This document shows, piece by piece, positions 62,165-64,000 of a stretch of 64,000 nt of DNA (position 1 is its first letter; each line of letters opens with the position of its first letter). The stretch spans positions 13,317-77,316 of the forward strand of contig DATGTS010000064.1 in the NCBI GenBank assembly GCA_035301745.1, read 5' to 3'. The position numbers and the translations under genes were made by a program. The stretch is from Candidatus Avamphibacillus sp. (GTDB lineage: Bacteria > Bacillota > Bacilli > Bacillales > Amphibacillaceae). Below the pieces are notes generated by a model. That model did no database searches. It was not told where the DNA came from and worked only from the letters and a program-made list of their open reading frames with translations.

Positions 62165-62189
62165 TTAGTGCGGGTAGGAGGGAACAAAA

Positions 62190-63707
62190 TTGTTTGTAGT
62201 GACCGCAAAGGAAATGTACGATATAGACCATTATACAAAAGAAGAAATAGGCTTTAAAAATTTATTGATGGAGAATGCTGGAAGAGCTGTTTGTGAAAAA
62301 ATATATAGCAAATTAACGAGAACGGATAAGCTTCTTATATTTGTCGGGACGGGAAATAATGGTGGAGATGGTTTTGTAATAGCAAGGACATTATTAAATC
62401 AAAAGTATCATGTTACCGTTCTGCAAACTGGATCAGATGAAAAAATGACAGAAGAAACACTTTTTCATAAACAGCTTTTTTTGAATTGCGGTGGCACGGT
62501 GATTCCTATTGGAGGAGGAATAGATGTAAAAAGAATCATAACTAGCCATGACATCGTTATCGATGCGATGCTGGGGATTGGAGTTAAAGGGAGATTGCGA
62601 GAGCCTTTAGCGGCAATTGTCTCTCTGGTAAATGATTTTGCCGAGTATATTATTTCTGTTGATATTCCAACAGGGCTCCCGTCAGATGAAGGAGAGCGGA
62701 CCTTTTTATCCGTAAAAGCGGATTATACTGTTATCATTGGTGCTCCTAAAATAAGTACTTTTCTCGAACATACTGCGCCATATTATGGAAAGTGGGATCT
62801 CGTATCTATTGGGTATCCACCAAAAGCATTTGAGAAATATGTGATGAGATATTTGTATATGGCGAATAACTTTCAAGTAAATATGCCGAGACGCAAGCCT
62901 AATTCACATAAAGGAACCCACGGAAAAGGGCTTGTTATTGGCGGCAGTGATGATATGCCAGGTTCACTAGCCATGACGATAAGAGCATCATTAAAAGCAG
63001 GATCTGGGTTGATAAAGGCAGCGACGACTGAAAAAGTAATTAATCGTATAGCTGCTTCTACTCCAGAAGCAACATATACCACGCTTTCGGATGTAAATGG
63101 ATTTATATCAACAGAACATATTCCTTCACTCAAGGAATATGATGCGATAGCTATGGGAATTGGAATGGGCAGAGAAGAAGAAACAAGCGTTTTTTTAAAA
63201 AACGTTATTGACCAAGCCCAGTGTCCAATAATCATTGATGCAGATGGATTATTCCATCTAAAATCCAATATTGAGGAGCTTGGTCAAAAAAAGCAGCCCA
63301 TAATTATCACCCCACACCCTGGTGAAATGGCAAGGTTACTGGGAATTCCTGTCTCCAAATTAATGGAATCTCCTTTTCATTATTCATTACAATTTGCTAA
63401 AACCCATCAAATCTATGTAGTTTTAAAAGGAAGATTCACTATTATCACGACGCCACATGGAGAGCAAGCTGTCAACATTACCGGAAATCCTGGACTAGCT
63501 AAAGGAGGAAGTGGTGATGTATTAACGGGAATTATTCTAGCAATGGTGATGCAGGAGATGAGTATCTTTCATGCACTATGTAATGCGTGTTATATCCATG
63601 GAATGTCTGCAGATTTGCAAGTAAAAGAAAAGCATTCACATTACGATTTAACAGCGACGGATGTGATTGACGGCCTTCGTAAGGTCTTTCGTACATTTCT
63701 ACATTAA
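62190..63707 (+). CDS. nnr: bifunctional NAD(P)H-hydrate epimerase/dehydratase
   Basis: MENAG, GNNGGDG, DIPTG, HKG..G, TPHPGEM, GGSGDVL. Confidence 0.93.
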   Translation: MFVVTAKEMYDIDHYTKEEIGFKNLLMENAGRAVCEKIYSKLTRTDKLLIFVGTGNNGGDGFVIARTLLNQKYHVTVLQTGSDEKMTEETLFHKQLFLNCGGTVIPIGGGIDVKRIITSHDIVIDAMLGIGVKGRLREPLAAIVSLVNDFAEYIISVDIPTGLPSDEGERTFLSVKADYTVIIGAPKISTFLEHTAPYYGKWDLVSIGYPPKAFEKYVMRYLYMANNFQVNMPRRKPNSHKGTHGKGLVIGGSDDMPGSLAMTIRASLKAGSGLIKAATTEKVINRIAASTPEATYTTLSDVNGFISTEHIPSLKEYDAIAMGIGMGREEETSVFLKNVIDQAQCPIIIDADGLFHLKSNIEELGQKKQPIIITPHPGEMARLLGIPVSKLMESPFHYSLQFAKTHQIYVVLKGRFTIITTPHGEQAVNITGNPGLAKGGSGDVLTGIILAMVMQEMSIFHALCNACYIHGMSADLQVKEKHSHYDLTATDVIDGLRKVFRTFLH

Positions 63708-63842
63708 ATAAGTGGTCAAGTTCCCTTTGTCCCAGTCTGTTTATTAAACAATGTAAGCTTTGGTTAAAAAGAATATAGCGGTTTTAAAACGAAAATTAAA
63801 GCGACATTTGTTTATAGGAATTGAGACAAGGGAGATATGTTC

Positions 63843-64000
63843 ATGAATAAAAAAATTACTATTTGGATGGCACTGTTTATCGGTATGGTTTTGCTGCTAT
63901 CTGCTTGTGGTGAAAAATCTCAAGAAGATGTCGTGAAGAAGCTTGATGAAAATCTTGAAAAATTAGATGGATATAAGGTACAAGCAAATATGAATATGAG
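63843..64000 (+). CDS. YdcC-like sporulation lipoprotein (partial)
   Basis: MNKKITIWMALFIGMVLLLSACGEKSQEDVVKKL; lipobox; synteny with acpS. Confidence 0.75.
   Translation, partial: MNKKITIWMALFIGMVLLLSACGEKSQEDVVKKLDENLEKLDGYKVQANMNM

Overview
AT-rich chromosomal window from a spore-forming Bacillaceae genome. Gene order (ydbS-ydbT-ydcA-acpS-ydcC), sporulation genes and acidic exported proteins suggest an Oceanobacillus/Virgibacillus-like organism (inference). Contents in order: selD-mnmH, exoA, a YtrA/GntR-ABC operon with three operators, and a spore-surface locus (GT2-TPR, NTTRR-F1 protein lacking its collagen tract, CgeB-like GT, WbpA/E/B/D-like enzymes for UDP-2,3-diacetamido-glucuronate, CotY/Z). 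Then come housekeeping genes, a GNAT gene split by a 211-bp structured element (second copy at 58.5 kb), an MCP gene frameshifted at an A13 tract, and a complete type I-C CRISPR-Cas system (18 repeats, 17 spacers). The last third holds an Isd/sortase B heme-uptake operon preceded by six 11-bp-phased direct repeats and no obvious Fur box, mifM-like/yidC2, an OmpA-domain lipoprotein, fni, a Fur-boxed YclNOPQ-type siderophore transporter carrying a 354-bp TIR element, and the conserved acpS region. Best novelty candidates: the mobile structured 210-bp element, the spore diacetamido-uronic-acid glycosylation locus, and apparent two-component control of the Isd operon. All family calls come from motif recognition, not database searches.
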